Source: a virus (Duplodnaviria; Caudoviricetes). From it: DNA of 64,000 nucleotides. Location: the IMG/VR virus record IMGVR_UViG_3300031555_003626, positions 160,001 to 224,000 of that record; one strand, given 5' to 3'. How positions within the stretch are numbered: the stretch's first letter is position 1; each line of letters starts with the position of its first letter. Below the pieces are notes generated by a model. That model saw nothing but the letters and a program-made list of their open reading frames with translations. It was not told the origin of the DNA and did no database searches. Shown piece after piece: positions 1-9,089 of the stretch. The translations under genes were made by a program, and so were the position numbers.

Positions 1-1
1 T

Positions 2-418
2 AATGAATATACCGCCGGCAAAACTCTCGATAACTATTCTATTGAGCTTTTGAAGGCTAAAGATAAAGGCGCAATGTTTGACGCTCGCTGCTTCAGCATT
101 CCTGTATCGGAAACGTGTAATGTATTTATTTGGAGACAGCAAGATGCGACTCGAAATGCTGTTCAGATGCTCGGGCAGACGTACTTTAGTCATAGTGAAC
201 TACATAAGAAGTCTACTTCAGATATTCAAGAAATGCTTTGGCAAAAGGGCATAAATTTTAATGACATGCCTATTGAATTTAAGCGTGGTGTTTGTTGTTA
301 TAAGAGAGCTATTGAGGTAAACGGTGCTGCAAGAACTGAGTGGTTTATTGACAAAGAAGGACCTATCTTCACTCAGGATAGAGACTATATTGAAAGACAC
401 CTTCCTAAGGAGAATTAA
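2..418 (+). CDS. Thg1-like tRNA(His) guanylyltransferase / 3'-5' polymerase, C-terminal part (5'-truncated by window)
   Basis: FDARCF...WRQQDATRNAVQM...FSHSELHK...GINFNDMP..FKRG is typical of the Thg1 C-terminal region; frame is open back to the window edge. Confidence 0.85.
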   Translation, partial: NEYTAGKTLDNYSIELLKAKDKGAMFDARCFSIPVSETCNVFIWRQQDATRNAVQMLGQTYFSHSELHKKSTSDIQEMLWQKGINFNDMPIEFKRGVCCYKRAIEVNGAARTEWFIDKEGPIFTQDRDYIERHLPKEN

Positions 419-973
419 ATGACAAATAGAGAGAGATTTATTTCACTTTGTACGTTTAACCGTACAGGAAAAACAGAACTTTTTGAGTGGCTCGAGAGTA
501 GCGATTTCTTTACTGCGCCAGCAAGTGCAAAGTATCACGGTGCTTATGAAGGTGGCCTTGTAGAACATTCCTTGAATGTTTATGACGCTCTTGTAAAACT
601 ACTTACTATATATCCCGAGATTCAGGTATCTGAAGAAAGTATTGCTATCGTCGCTCTTTTCCACGACCTTTGCAAAGTAAATATGTATGAGAAAGAGACT
701 CGCTATCGTAAAGATGAAAACGGAAAGTGGGAGCCTTATGAAGCGTACACTCACAACGAGAAACTTCATTATGGTGGACACGGAAGTAAGTCAGTATTTA
801 TTCTTCAGAACTTTATTAAGCTCACACCTGAAGAGGCAGTGGCTATTAATTGCCATATGGGCTCTTGGGAAGATAATCCTAACATTGGACCTGCCTTCGA
901 GCATTGCCCTTTGGCTTGGCTTCTTCATGTTGCCGACGAGAGCGCTACTTTTATTACGGAGGCAAAGAGATGA
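419..973 (+). CDS. HD-domain phosphohydrolase
   Basis: APASAKYHGAYEGGLVEHSLNV, ALFHDLCK, GHG.KS, HMG and LHVAD motifs. Confidence 0.85.
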   Translation: MTNRERFISLCTFNRTGKTELFEWLESSDFFTAPASAKYHGAYEGGLVEHSLNVYDALVKLLTIYPEIQVSEESIAIVALFHDLCKVNMYEKETRYRKDENGKWEPYEAYTHNEKLHYGGHGSKSVFILQNFIKLTPEEAVAINCHMGSWEDNPNIGPAFEHCPLAWLLHVADESATFITEAKR

Positions 974-1752
974 AATTTTTTATAGTGAGTGATATACATT
1001 CATATTACTCTGCTCTAAAGAAAGCTTTAGATGAGGCTGGCTTTGATAGAAATAATCCTGAACATTGGCTAATTTCGTGCGGAGATGCTCTTGATAGAGG
1101 TTATGAAAGCGAGGAAGTACTTCATTTCCTTATGTCGCTTGAAAGAAAGATTCTTGTAAAGGGTAATCATGACCTTCTTCTTGATGACCTTTGTGTGAGA
1201 GAATTTCCATATAGTCACGATTTTTCCAATGGAACATTTCGTACAGTGAACGATATTGGAGGCGCTGGAGAAGGCTATCCTTTTGAGGACTGCTGTAGAA
1301 ATACTTGGAATAGAACTGCCGCTTATCGTGCTTCACTTGTAAACTATTTTGAAACTGAGAATTATATCTTTGTGCACAGCTGGATTCCTACAATTACTTC
1401 AGGCGCTTCTAAGCCTTGGCATACTCTTAATAAGTATTACGAGTATAAGGAAGACTGGCGTGATGCCACAAAAGCTGAGTGGGAAGAAGCAATGTGGGGT
1501 AATCCCTTCTTTAAGGCTCAGGACGGTATGAATAAGACCGGCAAGATTATTGTTTTTGGTCACTGGCATTGCTCTTTGGGGCACCTGATGAGTAGTGATG
1601 GAGAGCTTAGCGAGTTCGGCGAAAATGCTTGTTGGGACATTTATAGAAATGAAGATTGGAAGATAATCGGAATTGATAAGTGTACAGCTCATACTGGAAA
1701 AGTTAACGTTTTAGTTATTGAAGATAATTTTTTAAATAAGGAAGGTATATAA
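970..1752 (+). CDS. Calcineurin-like metallophosphoesterase
   Basis: SDIH, GDALDRG, GNHD, FVH and FGHWH motifs; ATG at 970 overlaps the upstream TGA. Confidence 0.85.
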   Translation: MKFFIVSDIHSYYSALKKALDEAGFDRNNPEHWLISCGDALDRGYESEEVLHFLMSLERKILVKGNHDLLLDDLCVREFPYSHDFSNGTFRTVNDIGGAGEGYPFEDCCRNTWNRTAAYRASLVNYFETENYIFVHSWIPTITSGASKPWHTLNKYYEYKEDWRDATKAEWEEAMWGNPFFKAQDGMNKTGKIIVFGHWHCSLGHLMSSDGELSEFGENACWDIYRNEDWKIIGIDKCTAHTGKVNVLVIEDNFLNKEGI

Positions 1753-1754
1753 TT

Positions 1755-2015
1755 ATGTTTATTATTAGCGGTGAAAAAGGTACGGGTAAGACAAGAGCTC
1801 TTCTTGAGAAGGCTTTTGCTGAAAACGGTATTGTTGTCTGTGAGAATCCTGATAAGATGAGAGAGCGTGCTTATAAGTATGGTATCGTAGGACTTGATAT
1901 TGTAGGCTATGATGACATCTACCTTGCAGGTAAGCCTGTTTATATTCACGATATCAATAAGTTTATAGAGCATAATATGCCGGAGGCGAAGGGCTATACC
2001 CTGTGTATTGACTAA
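1755..2015 (+). CDS. Small P-loop-containing protein
   Basis: Walker A-like GEKGTGKT; only 86 aa. Confidence 0.55.
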   Translation: MFIISGEKGTGKTRALLEKAFAENGIVVCENPDKMRERAYKYGIVGLDIVGYDDIYLAGKPVYIHDINKFIEHNMPEAKGYTLCID

Positions 2016-2230
2016 TGGATAAGAAATTTCTTTATGGCGCTCGTGATACTTTGACTGGGAAGCTTGTTAATGATATAACAAACCCCGGTCGTAAGTTTTG
2101 GGAGATACGTGGCAACTGCATGAATGCTATTAATGCATATAATAATAGGACTTCTTTTTATGGTCGCCGTCAGCACCATGGCCCACTTGAGCTCGTTACT
2201 TTCGAGCTTGTTGAAGTTAAGGAAAACTAG
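2015..2230 (+). CDS. Hypothetical protein
   Basis: ORF translationally coupled to the previous gene. Confidence 0.6.
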   Translation: MDKKFLYGARDTLTGKLVNDITNPGRKFWEIRGNCMNAINAYNNRTSFYGRRQHHGPLELVTFELVEVKEN

Positions 2231-2458
2231 CAGTAGTTGAAACACCTGAAGAAATTTATGATAGGCTTTATCCGCCTAAGATTGGTACATTCAGTTACTG
2301 CTCCGGCGTGGCAGATATAACAGCAGATAATATATGTGTTCAAGCAGTAGAACCTATACCAGAAGCTGCGTCTATCAAAAAGTCTGCGACAAAGAAAACA
2401 TCTACCAAAACAGTAGAAGAACACTAAAAATTTTTAAAGCAGGGTTGGTGAAATAGTT

Positions 2459-2629
2459 ATGTTAGAAATAAATGATTTTTGTATTAAAGAATGCCCACGT
2501 GGCAAGGAAAAAAGTGAAGAATTACTTGATAAAAATAATTCTGCTTTAGATGCGGCTATGGATATGTATTTCTTTATAGAAAAATGTCTAGAGACCTGTC
2601 CATACAGAGATAAAATTAAAAATACATAA
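2459..2629 (+). CDS. Small Cys-containing hypothetical protein (56 aa, MLEINDFCIKECPRG...)
   Basis: Read by hand; GGTG-type RBS; two CxxxCP motifs. Confidence 0.55.
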   Translation: MLEINDFCIKECPRGKEKSEELLDKNNSALDAAMDMYFFIEKCLETCPYRDKIKNT

Positions 2630-2653
2630 GAAATAGGCTAAATTAGATATATT

Positions 2654-2690
2654 AGAGAAGTAAATTCTTTTTGGGTTTGCTTCTCTTTTT
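2654..2690 (+). terminator. Intrinsic terminator
   Basis: AGAGAAGTAAATTC / GGGTTTGCTTCTCT hairpin followed by T tract. Confidence 0.65.
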
Positions 2691-2702
2691 ATTTTAATAT
2701 TT

Positions 2703-2710
2703 GCTAAATT
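2703..2710 (+). promoter_or_regulatory. Putative phage late-promoter motif GCTAAATT (one of about 15 intergenic copies)
   Basis: Also at about 2637, 8989, 16727, 20539, 28998, 31073, 34035, 36511, 36908, 37372, 38223, 47146, 51514 and 63121, mostly before virion genes. Confidence 0.65.
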
Positions 2711-2739
2711 ATTTGATTAAAAAAATTAGGAGGCCTCGG

Positions 2740-3258
2740 ATGTTTAGTAGTTGGACTGACTATACTACAGCGATACCATGCATTACAATATATATTAATT
2801 GTGACACATGTCTTGCTATAAATTTACGCGCGCTGAATCTGACTGATAGCGATGAGTTTATTTTTACTTTAAAAAACTATGATTATACAGAGTCAGATTT
2901 TATTTATATTTTTAAAGCCCGTAATGCTGATATGAATGAAAATGGTGAAGTACTATTTAAAATTCCTGCTAAGACTTCTAAGGCGCTAAAGCCTGGTGCC
3001 TTTTACACTTTTGCTGTCTTAGCTGATGCTTATAATAAAAAATCTTCTACGATATATAAGAGATTAGCTGAGAGTGGTAAAGTTTTACTCGAGTATGGTA
3101 CACAAGACATGCTGGTAAAAACTGGTGAAAATCAAGAATACCTTGAAAATGTCATGGCCGCTAAACTTGTTGCTCCTGAAGTTGTTCCAAGTCAGATTGA
3201 GAGCTCTAAGCCAGGTACCTTATTAAGTGGCCGTCTTGAGATTATTGAGGAGGCCTAA
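2740..3258 (+). CDS. Putative virion protein (related to 21999..22373)
   Basis: AGGAGG RBS before ATG 2740; GEV.FK....L.PG..Y similarity to the 21999 ORF. Confidence 0.55.
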   Translation: MFSSWTDYTTAIPCITIYINCDTCLAINLRALNLTDSDEFIFTLKNYDYTESDFIYIFKARNADMNENGEVLFKIPAKTSKALKPGAFYTFAVLADAYNKKSSTIYKRLAESGKVLLEYGTQDMLVKTGENQEYLENVMAAKLVAPEVVPSQIESSKPGTLLSGRLEIIEEA

Positions 3259-3260
3259 GG

Positions 3261-3404
3261 ATGTTTGAAATTAGAAATTATGAACAAGAGCCTATAGTTC
3301 TAATAAGGCCTGCTACGGTACAAGAACTAGCTGCTTATGAAACCTGGAAAAAAGAAAAGACTAAAGAAGAAAATAAGGAGAACTTAAACTATGCCAAAAT
3401 ATAA
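3261..3404 (+). CDS. Small hypothetical protein (47 aa)
   Basis: Read by hand: MFEIRNYEQEPIVLIRP...; GAGG upstream. Confidence 0.4.
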   Translation: MFEIRNYEQEPIVLIRPATVQELAAYETWKKEKTKEENKENLNYAKI

Positions 3405-4287
3405 AGTAGTATTAACAGTGCAGGATAGCTTTGGAATGCCCAAAGAAGTTGATGGTGGCACTATTGATATAGATTTAGCTGAGGCCTTAACTGCTACGGA
3501 TGTTAAACAAATTGAAGAAGCGCTTCCGCTTGAAGATTACATTAAAAAAGCCGAGTTGTCGGAAGAGCTTAATACATATGCAACAGATGGTGAAGTAGAA
3601 GATGCAGTTACATTTACAACAGATAAATTCGTTACAAATGCTTTTGGTGATTATGCTGTTGGTGACTCTGTAAAGGGTCATACAATAACTGCTGTATTAG
3701 CTAAATTATTAGGGTTAGTTGATAATATGCCTCAGCGTCCTAGCGGTGGTGAGCTTCCAGATGATCCTCAGCCTGATGAGCCCGAGCGCCCTGAAGAGCC
3801 TGAGCAGCCAGATGACTTTGATAGCATTACAGATGCAATTATTGCGAATAAGACACCTATGTATTCTGTTGACAACACTGGTAATATCATAGCAGTGTCT
3901 TATGAAAATGTTATTATCTATGCCGCAGACGAGCCTATTGCACAACCAACAGAATTTGGTTTTTATCAGATAGTAGGCGAGTCTGGCGACGTAACTGAGG
4001 CCGGTTATCAAGAGCTTACTGCTGAGAATCCTGATGTACCCTATATTATTGCATTGCCTTCAGGTATTGATTTTAATACCATGGTCACAGTACAAACCTA
4101 TGATTCATTAGAAAATAAATGGAAAAATGATTCTTTTGAGATGTCTAATGACCTTGAAGTAATAACTGGTATTTGTGATGAGCTTGGTATAGATATTTCG
4201 CACATAGATGCTGATGCATATACCATTTGGGCAGACCTTGAGGCTGGGCCTACTGGTAAAATTCATAGATTTATTATAACAGAATAA
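3391..4287 (+). CDS. Acidic virion-associated protein with Pro/Glu linker
   Basis: AAGGAG RBS; PDDPQPDEPERPEEPEQP linker; lies in the fibre cluster. Confidence 0.6.
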   Translation: MPKYKVVLTVQDSFGMPKEVDGGTIDIDLAEALTATDVKQIEEALPLEDYIKKAELSEELNTYATDGEVEDAVTFTTDKFVTNAFGDYAVGDSVKGHTITAVLAKLLGLVDNMPQRPSGGELPDDPQPDEPERPEEPEQPDDFDSITDAIIANKTPMYSVDNTGNIIAVSYENVIIYAADEPIAQPTEFGFYQIVGESGDVTEAGYQELTAENPDVPYIIALPSGIDFNTMVTVQTYDSLENKWKNDSFEMSNDLEVITGICDELGIDISHIDADAYTIWADLEAGPTGKIHRFIITE

Positions 4288-4297
4288 GGAGAACCCT

Positions 4298-4822
4298 ATG
4301 GCTTTAGAAATTTCTAATCAATATTCATACGTCGGTAGAGGTCCATTTGATGCAAAATCTCTTGTAAAGACTTATGCAGATTTATTAGCAGAAGAATCTT
4401 GGCTATCAGATGCTGGCAAAAATATCGCGTATAACGGTATGATTGTAGCTGTCTGGCTCAATAAAGATGACCCAGCTAGAAACGGTATTTACTACTTACA
4501 CGACAGTACAGTTACAAACACATTTAAAGCACCTGACGTTACAAATGAAGCTAACTGGCACAAATTAGTAGAAATATCTGATATCACTGAGAGACTAGCA
4601 GCTATTGACGAAAGACTTGCTGCGTTAGAAAACGATGAACCAGACGTTATTACTTATGGTTATCGTAAAAACTTTCCCATTGAAGGTGAGTTAAATAAGC
4701 TTTACGTTGCTGCAGATGAAGGAAAAACTTATGTTTGGTTTGGTGAGGAATATTTAGCCGTCGGAGGGTCAGGCGGCGACTATGAAGAGCCTAAAGTAAT
4801 TTATGGTGGCTCTGCAGATTAA
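4298..4822 (+). CDS. Virion fibre-associated protein (GPFD/PLD-type N-terminus)
   Basis: YVGRGPFDAK...AYNGMIV; FP.EG...LYVA repeat-like motif. Confidence 0.55.
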   Translation: MALEISNQYSYVGRGPFDAKSLVKTYADLLAEESWLSDAGKNIAYNGMIVAVWLNKDDPARNGIYYLHDSTVTNTFKAPDVTNEANWHKLVEISDITERLAAIDERLAALENDEPDVITYGYRKNFPIEGELNKLYVAADEGKTYVWFGEEYLAVGGSGGDYEEPKVIYGGSAD

Positions 4823-4879
4823 CTATGATATAATTTAATTTTAAAATTATATAAATATTTTATAGAGAGGTAAAAACAA

Positions 4880-5977
4880 ATGGCAGAAAAACAATTAAGT
4901 ACCATTATCGTTCTAAGAAACGACAAGTCTACTGACTGGGCTACTTCTGAAGTTATTCTTCGTGAAGGTGAACTCGGTGTTTCTTACTTAGATAATGGCA
5001 ATGTAATGGTTAAGGCCGGTAATGGTGTCGACAAGTTTGCAGATCTTCCTCAGGTTGAGTCTGTTCTCGAGTCTGACATGATGCTAACCTATAGCTTTGG
5101 TAAGCATACCGTTCCCACTGGTGGTTCCTTAAACGCTGGAGGCACCGGAATGACCATGTCTCAGTGGCTTGCAGACTCCCTTAAGAAAACTGTTGAGCCT
5201 ACTATCAAGCGTTATCCTAATGCAGGACTTTCCGCAAGTTGCTCTAATTCTGGAGCATCTCTTGAAATTGGCTCTTACATTACTTCTGTTTCTTACACCG
5301 GATCTCTTAGTGAAGATGGTGACTACGAAACAAACGGTAAGGAGACCGCTTCAGGCATTAAGTCAAGTGACCTTAGCTGGGAAGTAACTCTTGGAGATGA
5401 TGCAGCTACTAAGAAGACATCTAGTACTGGTAGCTATACAACTAATATTCAGATTAATAGCACGACAGCAAACACTGTTTATGCAACAGTTAAAGCTAAG
5501 GCTACTTTAAGTCTAGATAATGTAGTAACTCCTACTAATAACCTTGGTGAGGCAAGTTCTACTGTTAAAATTAAGGGTTATGACGCAGCTGGTACCACTG
5601 TAAAGAACCTTACTGCTGATGTTAAAGCAAGCGGTTATCGTAATACCTGGTCTTATGTTGGCACAGACGACACCTTTGAGCTCACATCGGCAAATATCAG
5701 ATCAAAGTTTACTGCGAAGAATGCTTCTACAACTTCTTTTGGTACTGTAACAATCCCTGGTGGTACAAAGAGAGTTGCCTTTGCTGTTCTTGGTGATAAG
5801 ACTCTTAAATCTGTTATTGACGTTGATGGCCAAAACCTTGACGTTAAGGCAAACTTTACAAAAGAAACAATCGCTATTGAAGGCGCTAACGGTTTTGAGG
5901 CAGCTAACTACTCTGTATTCCACTTTGAGAATCCTAATGGTGTTGCTGCTACTAAGTATACTGTAACAATCGGTTAA
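4880..5977 (+). CDS. Fibre protein with Mtd_N/hyaluronidase-N-like head and beta-rich C-terminus
   Basis: LREGELGV...KAGNG...FADLP motif. Confidence 0.6.
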   Translation: MAEKQLSTIIVLRNDKSTDWATSEVILREGELGVSYLDNGNVMVKAGNGVDKFADLPQVESVLESDMMLTYSFGKHTVPTGGSLNAGGTGMTMSQWLADSLKKTVEPTIKRYPNAGLSASCSNSGASLEIGSYITSVSYTGSLSEDGDYETNGKETASGIKSSDLSWEVTLGDDAATKKTSSTGSYTTNIQINSTTANTVYATVKAKATLSLDNVVTPTNNLGEASSTVKIKGYDAAGTTVKNLTADVKASGYRNTWSYVGTDDTFELTSANIRSKFTAKNASTTSFGTVTIPGGTKRVAFAVLGDKTLKSVIDVDGQNLDVKANFTKETIAIEGANGFEAANYSVFHFENPNGVAATKYTVTIG

Positions 5978-5996
5978 TAAGGAGGACGAATAAATT

Positions 5997-8981
5997 ATGG
6001 CAATGAATTATCAAAATTTCGCCTCTCTTGGCGTTAACTTAAATAGACAGAAATATGGTCCTCTGGATATTTCTAATGTATTTACTTCCGCTGCGGATTT
6101 AAAATACTACTTAACTAAGGGTACATTTACAGAGGGTGTATCCGAATATTGGTACAAGAACGCGAACGAAAAGATTGTTCCTTATCCTTATGAAGGTCAA
6201 GTTCTTGCTACCGTTATTGACGGTGTTGTTGAAGTATTCGTTCTTGCTCTTGATGCAGAAGGTAACTTCGAAACTCGTGAGATCGCAGGTAAGATTGAAG
6301 TAGACGGTACTACAATTGTTAAGGATGCCAATGGTAAGCTTTCTATCGTTGCTCCTGTTAATCCTGACTCTACTAAAACTTATAACTTCTCTTATGCAAA
6401 TGGAGTATACTCTTGGGTAGAAGTTGATACTGCTACTGCTGCTGGACAGGCACAGGCTATTGCAGGTCTTACTGATCGTACTGTAGCTCTTGAAACAACT
6501 GTTAATGGTAAAGCAGCTGTTGGTGAAGAGGGTGCTGAAGGTTATCAGCCCGCTGTTGTAGGTCTTGTAGACAAGGTTGCTGCTCTTGAAGCTGTTGACA
6601 ATGCTACTCAGGCTGAACTTGATGCTTACAAAGAAGTAGTTACTGCTGCTATTGCTGCTGGCGTTAAGGAAGCAAAAGACTATGCAGATGCTCAGGATGC
6701 TGACACTGTTTATGATGATACCGAACTTGCTGGTCGTGTATCTGCTATCGAGGCAGATTATCTAAAGACTGCTGATAAGTATGATGACACTGAACTTGCT
6801 GGTCGTGTAACTACTATCGAAAATGACTACCTAAAGAAGTCTGACGAGACTATCTATGATGATACTGCTCTTGCTGGTCGTGTAACAACCGTTGAAGGTA
6901 AGGTAGCAGACCTTGAAGATGCTGTTGCTGCTATTGATTATATCGATGCCGATGAGCTTGCTGATGCACTTGCTCCTATTAATGAGGCTCTTGGTACTAA
7001 GGCGGCACAGGCGGACTTAGAAACTCTTAAGGGCAGAGTTGATACTTTCTTTGAGGGTACCGGTGTTGAAAACGTAATTGATACTCTTGAAGACCTAATT
7101 AACTTCATTAATACTCATGATGACGTTGAAGTTTCTGGCATTCTTGCTAGTATTGAAGCTATCGAAGGTAAGCTTGCTGGTATTGATAGCACTGTTGCTG
7201 CTTATGTAACTGCTGCTATTGAGGCTCTTAAGATTGGTGATTATGCTAAGGCTGCAGATCTTACTGCTCTTGTAGATAGAGTTGCAGTTCTCGAGGCTAA
7301 GCCTTTCGATACTTATGCTACTAAGACAGAAGTTCAGGGCGTAGACGCTAAGTTTGCTGACTATACTACAACTTCTGACCTTAACACTCTTCTTGCTGAC
7401 AAGGCAGATGTAGATAGCGTAGTTGCTAATACTGCTTTTGAGACATTCAAGGGTGAAAATACTACTGCTATTGCTACCGCTAAGCAGGAAGCAATCGACG
7501 CTGCTAAGGCTGCTGAGGAAGCCAAGGGCTACGCTGTTGATGCAGATGTAAAAGCAACTTATGCAACTAAAGCAGAGCTTACAACTCATGAAGAGAGTAT
7601 TGCTAATGACCTTCTCGCTTATGCTAAGACAGCAGATGTAAATAAAGAACTTGCTAAGAAAGTTGAATCTGCTACAATTGTTCATGCTATTGCGGCTGAC
7701 CCTGATAATGGTATTGAGGCTATTCCTGAGGGTGTAACCAAAGACGGTGCTACTCTTAAGATTGTTGTTGATGCTCCTACAAGAGCTGAAACAACTCAAA
7801 TGATTGCTGATAAGGTTGCTGCTGTTACTGGTGGTGAATCTGCAGCAGCAGTTAAACTTCTTGTTGAGGCTGAAACTGAAAGATCTATTGCTAAAGACGA
7901 AGCTCATGATGCTGCTCTTGCAACTCTTCAGGGCGACGCGTCTAAAGCAGGCTCTGTAGCTGAAGCTAAGGCTCTTGCTCAGAAGGGTGTTGATGATGCT
8001 GCTGCTGTTGCTGCAAATCTCGTAACAGCTAATGCCGCTATTGCAGATAATGCTCGTGAAATCGGTGTTGCTAAAGATTCTATCAATACAGTTAATAATA
8101 CATTAACTGAGAAGATTACTGCTCTTGAAAATGCTGATACAAAGTTTACCGGTGATATTGCTTCTCTTCAAGGTATTGTAAGCGGTGAAGGTGGTCACGC
8201 TTCTCGTATTACAGCTCTTGAAGGTCGTGCAACAAATCTTGAAGCTAAGGATACTGAGCTTGCAGCTCTTATTCAGAGCAACACTGATAAATTTGCTGGC
8301 TATTACACTAAGGGCGAAGTTGACGCTGCTGTTATCACTTCCGGTGAAGTTGTTCGTGGTGCTGCCGATTCTATCACAATTGCTAATAATAAGATCACTG
8401 TAACTCTTAATAGCTATACTAAGGGTGAAGTTGATGATCTTCTTGCTAACCTTGACCAGACCGCTCTTGAGACAGGCATTGCTAATAATGCTTCTGATAT
8501 CGCAATTCTTGTTGGTGACGACAAAGATGCAGAGACGGGTAGAGCAGCTAAGTCTGTTAGAGCAATTGCTGCTGAGGAAGCAAAAGCTGAGGTTGCTGCT
8601 CTTGTAGGTGAGGCTCCCGATGCTCTCGACACTATCCATGAAATTGCTTCTTGGATTGAGAATGATACAACTGGCGCTGCAGCTATGAGCGCTGAAATTG
8701 CTGAGCACTCTGCAATTTTAAGTGGTTTCGGTGGTGAAGGCCAACCTGCTACGGTAGCTACTGCTATTGCTACTGCCAAGGCTGAGGCTATTGAAGCTGC
8801 TACATTTACTCTTGGAGTTGCTACTGCTGAAAAGCTTGGTGGTGTTAAATCCGCAAGTGGTGATAATAAAGTCGCTGTTGCTGAAGATGGCGTAATGAGC
8901 GTTGCTACTGTTAATGTAAGCACTCTCGCTCAGACTGCTGGCGATGTGCTTGTTCTCAATGGTGGCTCTGCAGCTGTCTAA
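5997..8981 (+). CDS. Long coiled-coil fibre protein (994 aa)
   Basis: Ala-rich heptads, YDDTELAGRV repeats, APDALDTIHEIA motif, C-terminal ATAEKLGGVK. Confidence 0.7.
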   Translation: MAMNYQNFASLGVNLNRQKYGPLDISNVFTSAADLKYYLTKGTFTEGVSEYWYKNANEKIVPYPYEGQVLATVIDGVVEVFVLALDAEGNFETREIAGKIEVDGTTIVKDANGKLSIVAPVNPDSTKTYNFSYANGVYSWVEVDTATAAGQAQAIAGLTDRTVALETTVNGKAAVGEEGAEGYQPAVVGLVDKVAALEAVDNATQAELDAYKEVVTAAIAAGVKEAKDYADAQDADTVYDDTELAGRVSAIEADYLKTADKYDDTELAGRVTTIENDYLKKSDETIYDDTALAGRVTTVEGKVADLEDAVAAIDYIDADELADALAPINEALGTKAAQADLETLKGRVDTFFEGTGVENVIDTLEDLINFINTHDDVEVSGILASIEAIEGKLAGIDSTVAAYVTAAIEALKIGDYAKAADLTALVDRVAVLEAKPFDTYATKTEVQGVDAKFADYTTTSDLNTLLADKADVDSVVANTAFETFKGENTTAIATAKQEAIDAAKAAEEAKGYAVDADVKATYATKAELTTHEESIANDLLAYAKTADVNKELAKKVESATIVHAIAADPDNGIEAIPEGVTKDGATLKIVVDAPTRAETTQMIADKVAAVTGGESAAAVKLLVEAETERSIAKDEAHDAALATLQGDASKAGSVAEAKALAQKGVDDAAAVAANLVTANAAIADNAREIGVAKDSINTVNNTLTEKITALENADTKFTGDIASLQGIVSGEGGHASRITALEGRATNLEAKDTELAALIQSNTDKFAGYYTKGEVDAAVITSGEVVRGAADSITIANNKITVTLNSYTKGEVDDLLANLDQTALETGIANNASDIAILVGDDKDAETGRAAKSVRAIAAEEAKAEVAALVGEAPDALDTIHEIASWIENDTTGAAAMSAEIAEHSAILSGFGGEGQPATVATAIATAKAEAIEAATFTLGVATAEKLGGVKSASGDNKVAVAEDGVMSVATVNVSTLAQTAGDVLVLNGGSAAV

Positions 8982-8997
8982 ATTATGTGCTAAATTA

Positions 8998-9031
8998 AAT
9001 AAGTGAGGTATGAAAAATTACCTCACTTATT
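8998..9031. terminator. Inverted-repeat hairpin (terminator-like)
   Basis: AATAAGTGAGGTA / TACCTCACTTATT perfect 13-bp stem. Confidence 0.6.
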
Positions 9032-9089
9032 GATGAAAATAAAATAATATTTGAAATTAAAATAAATTTTTATAAGGAGATTTTAAATT

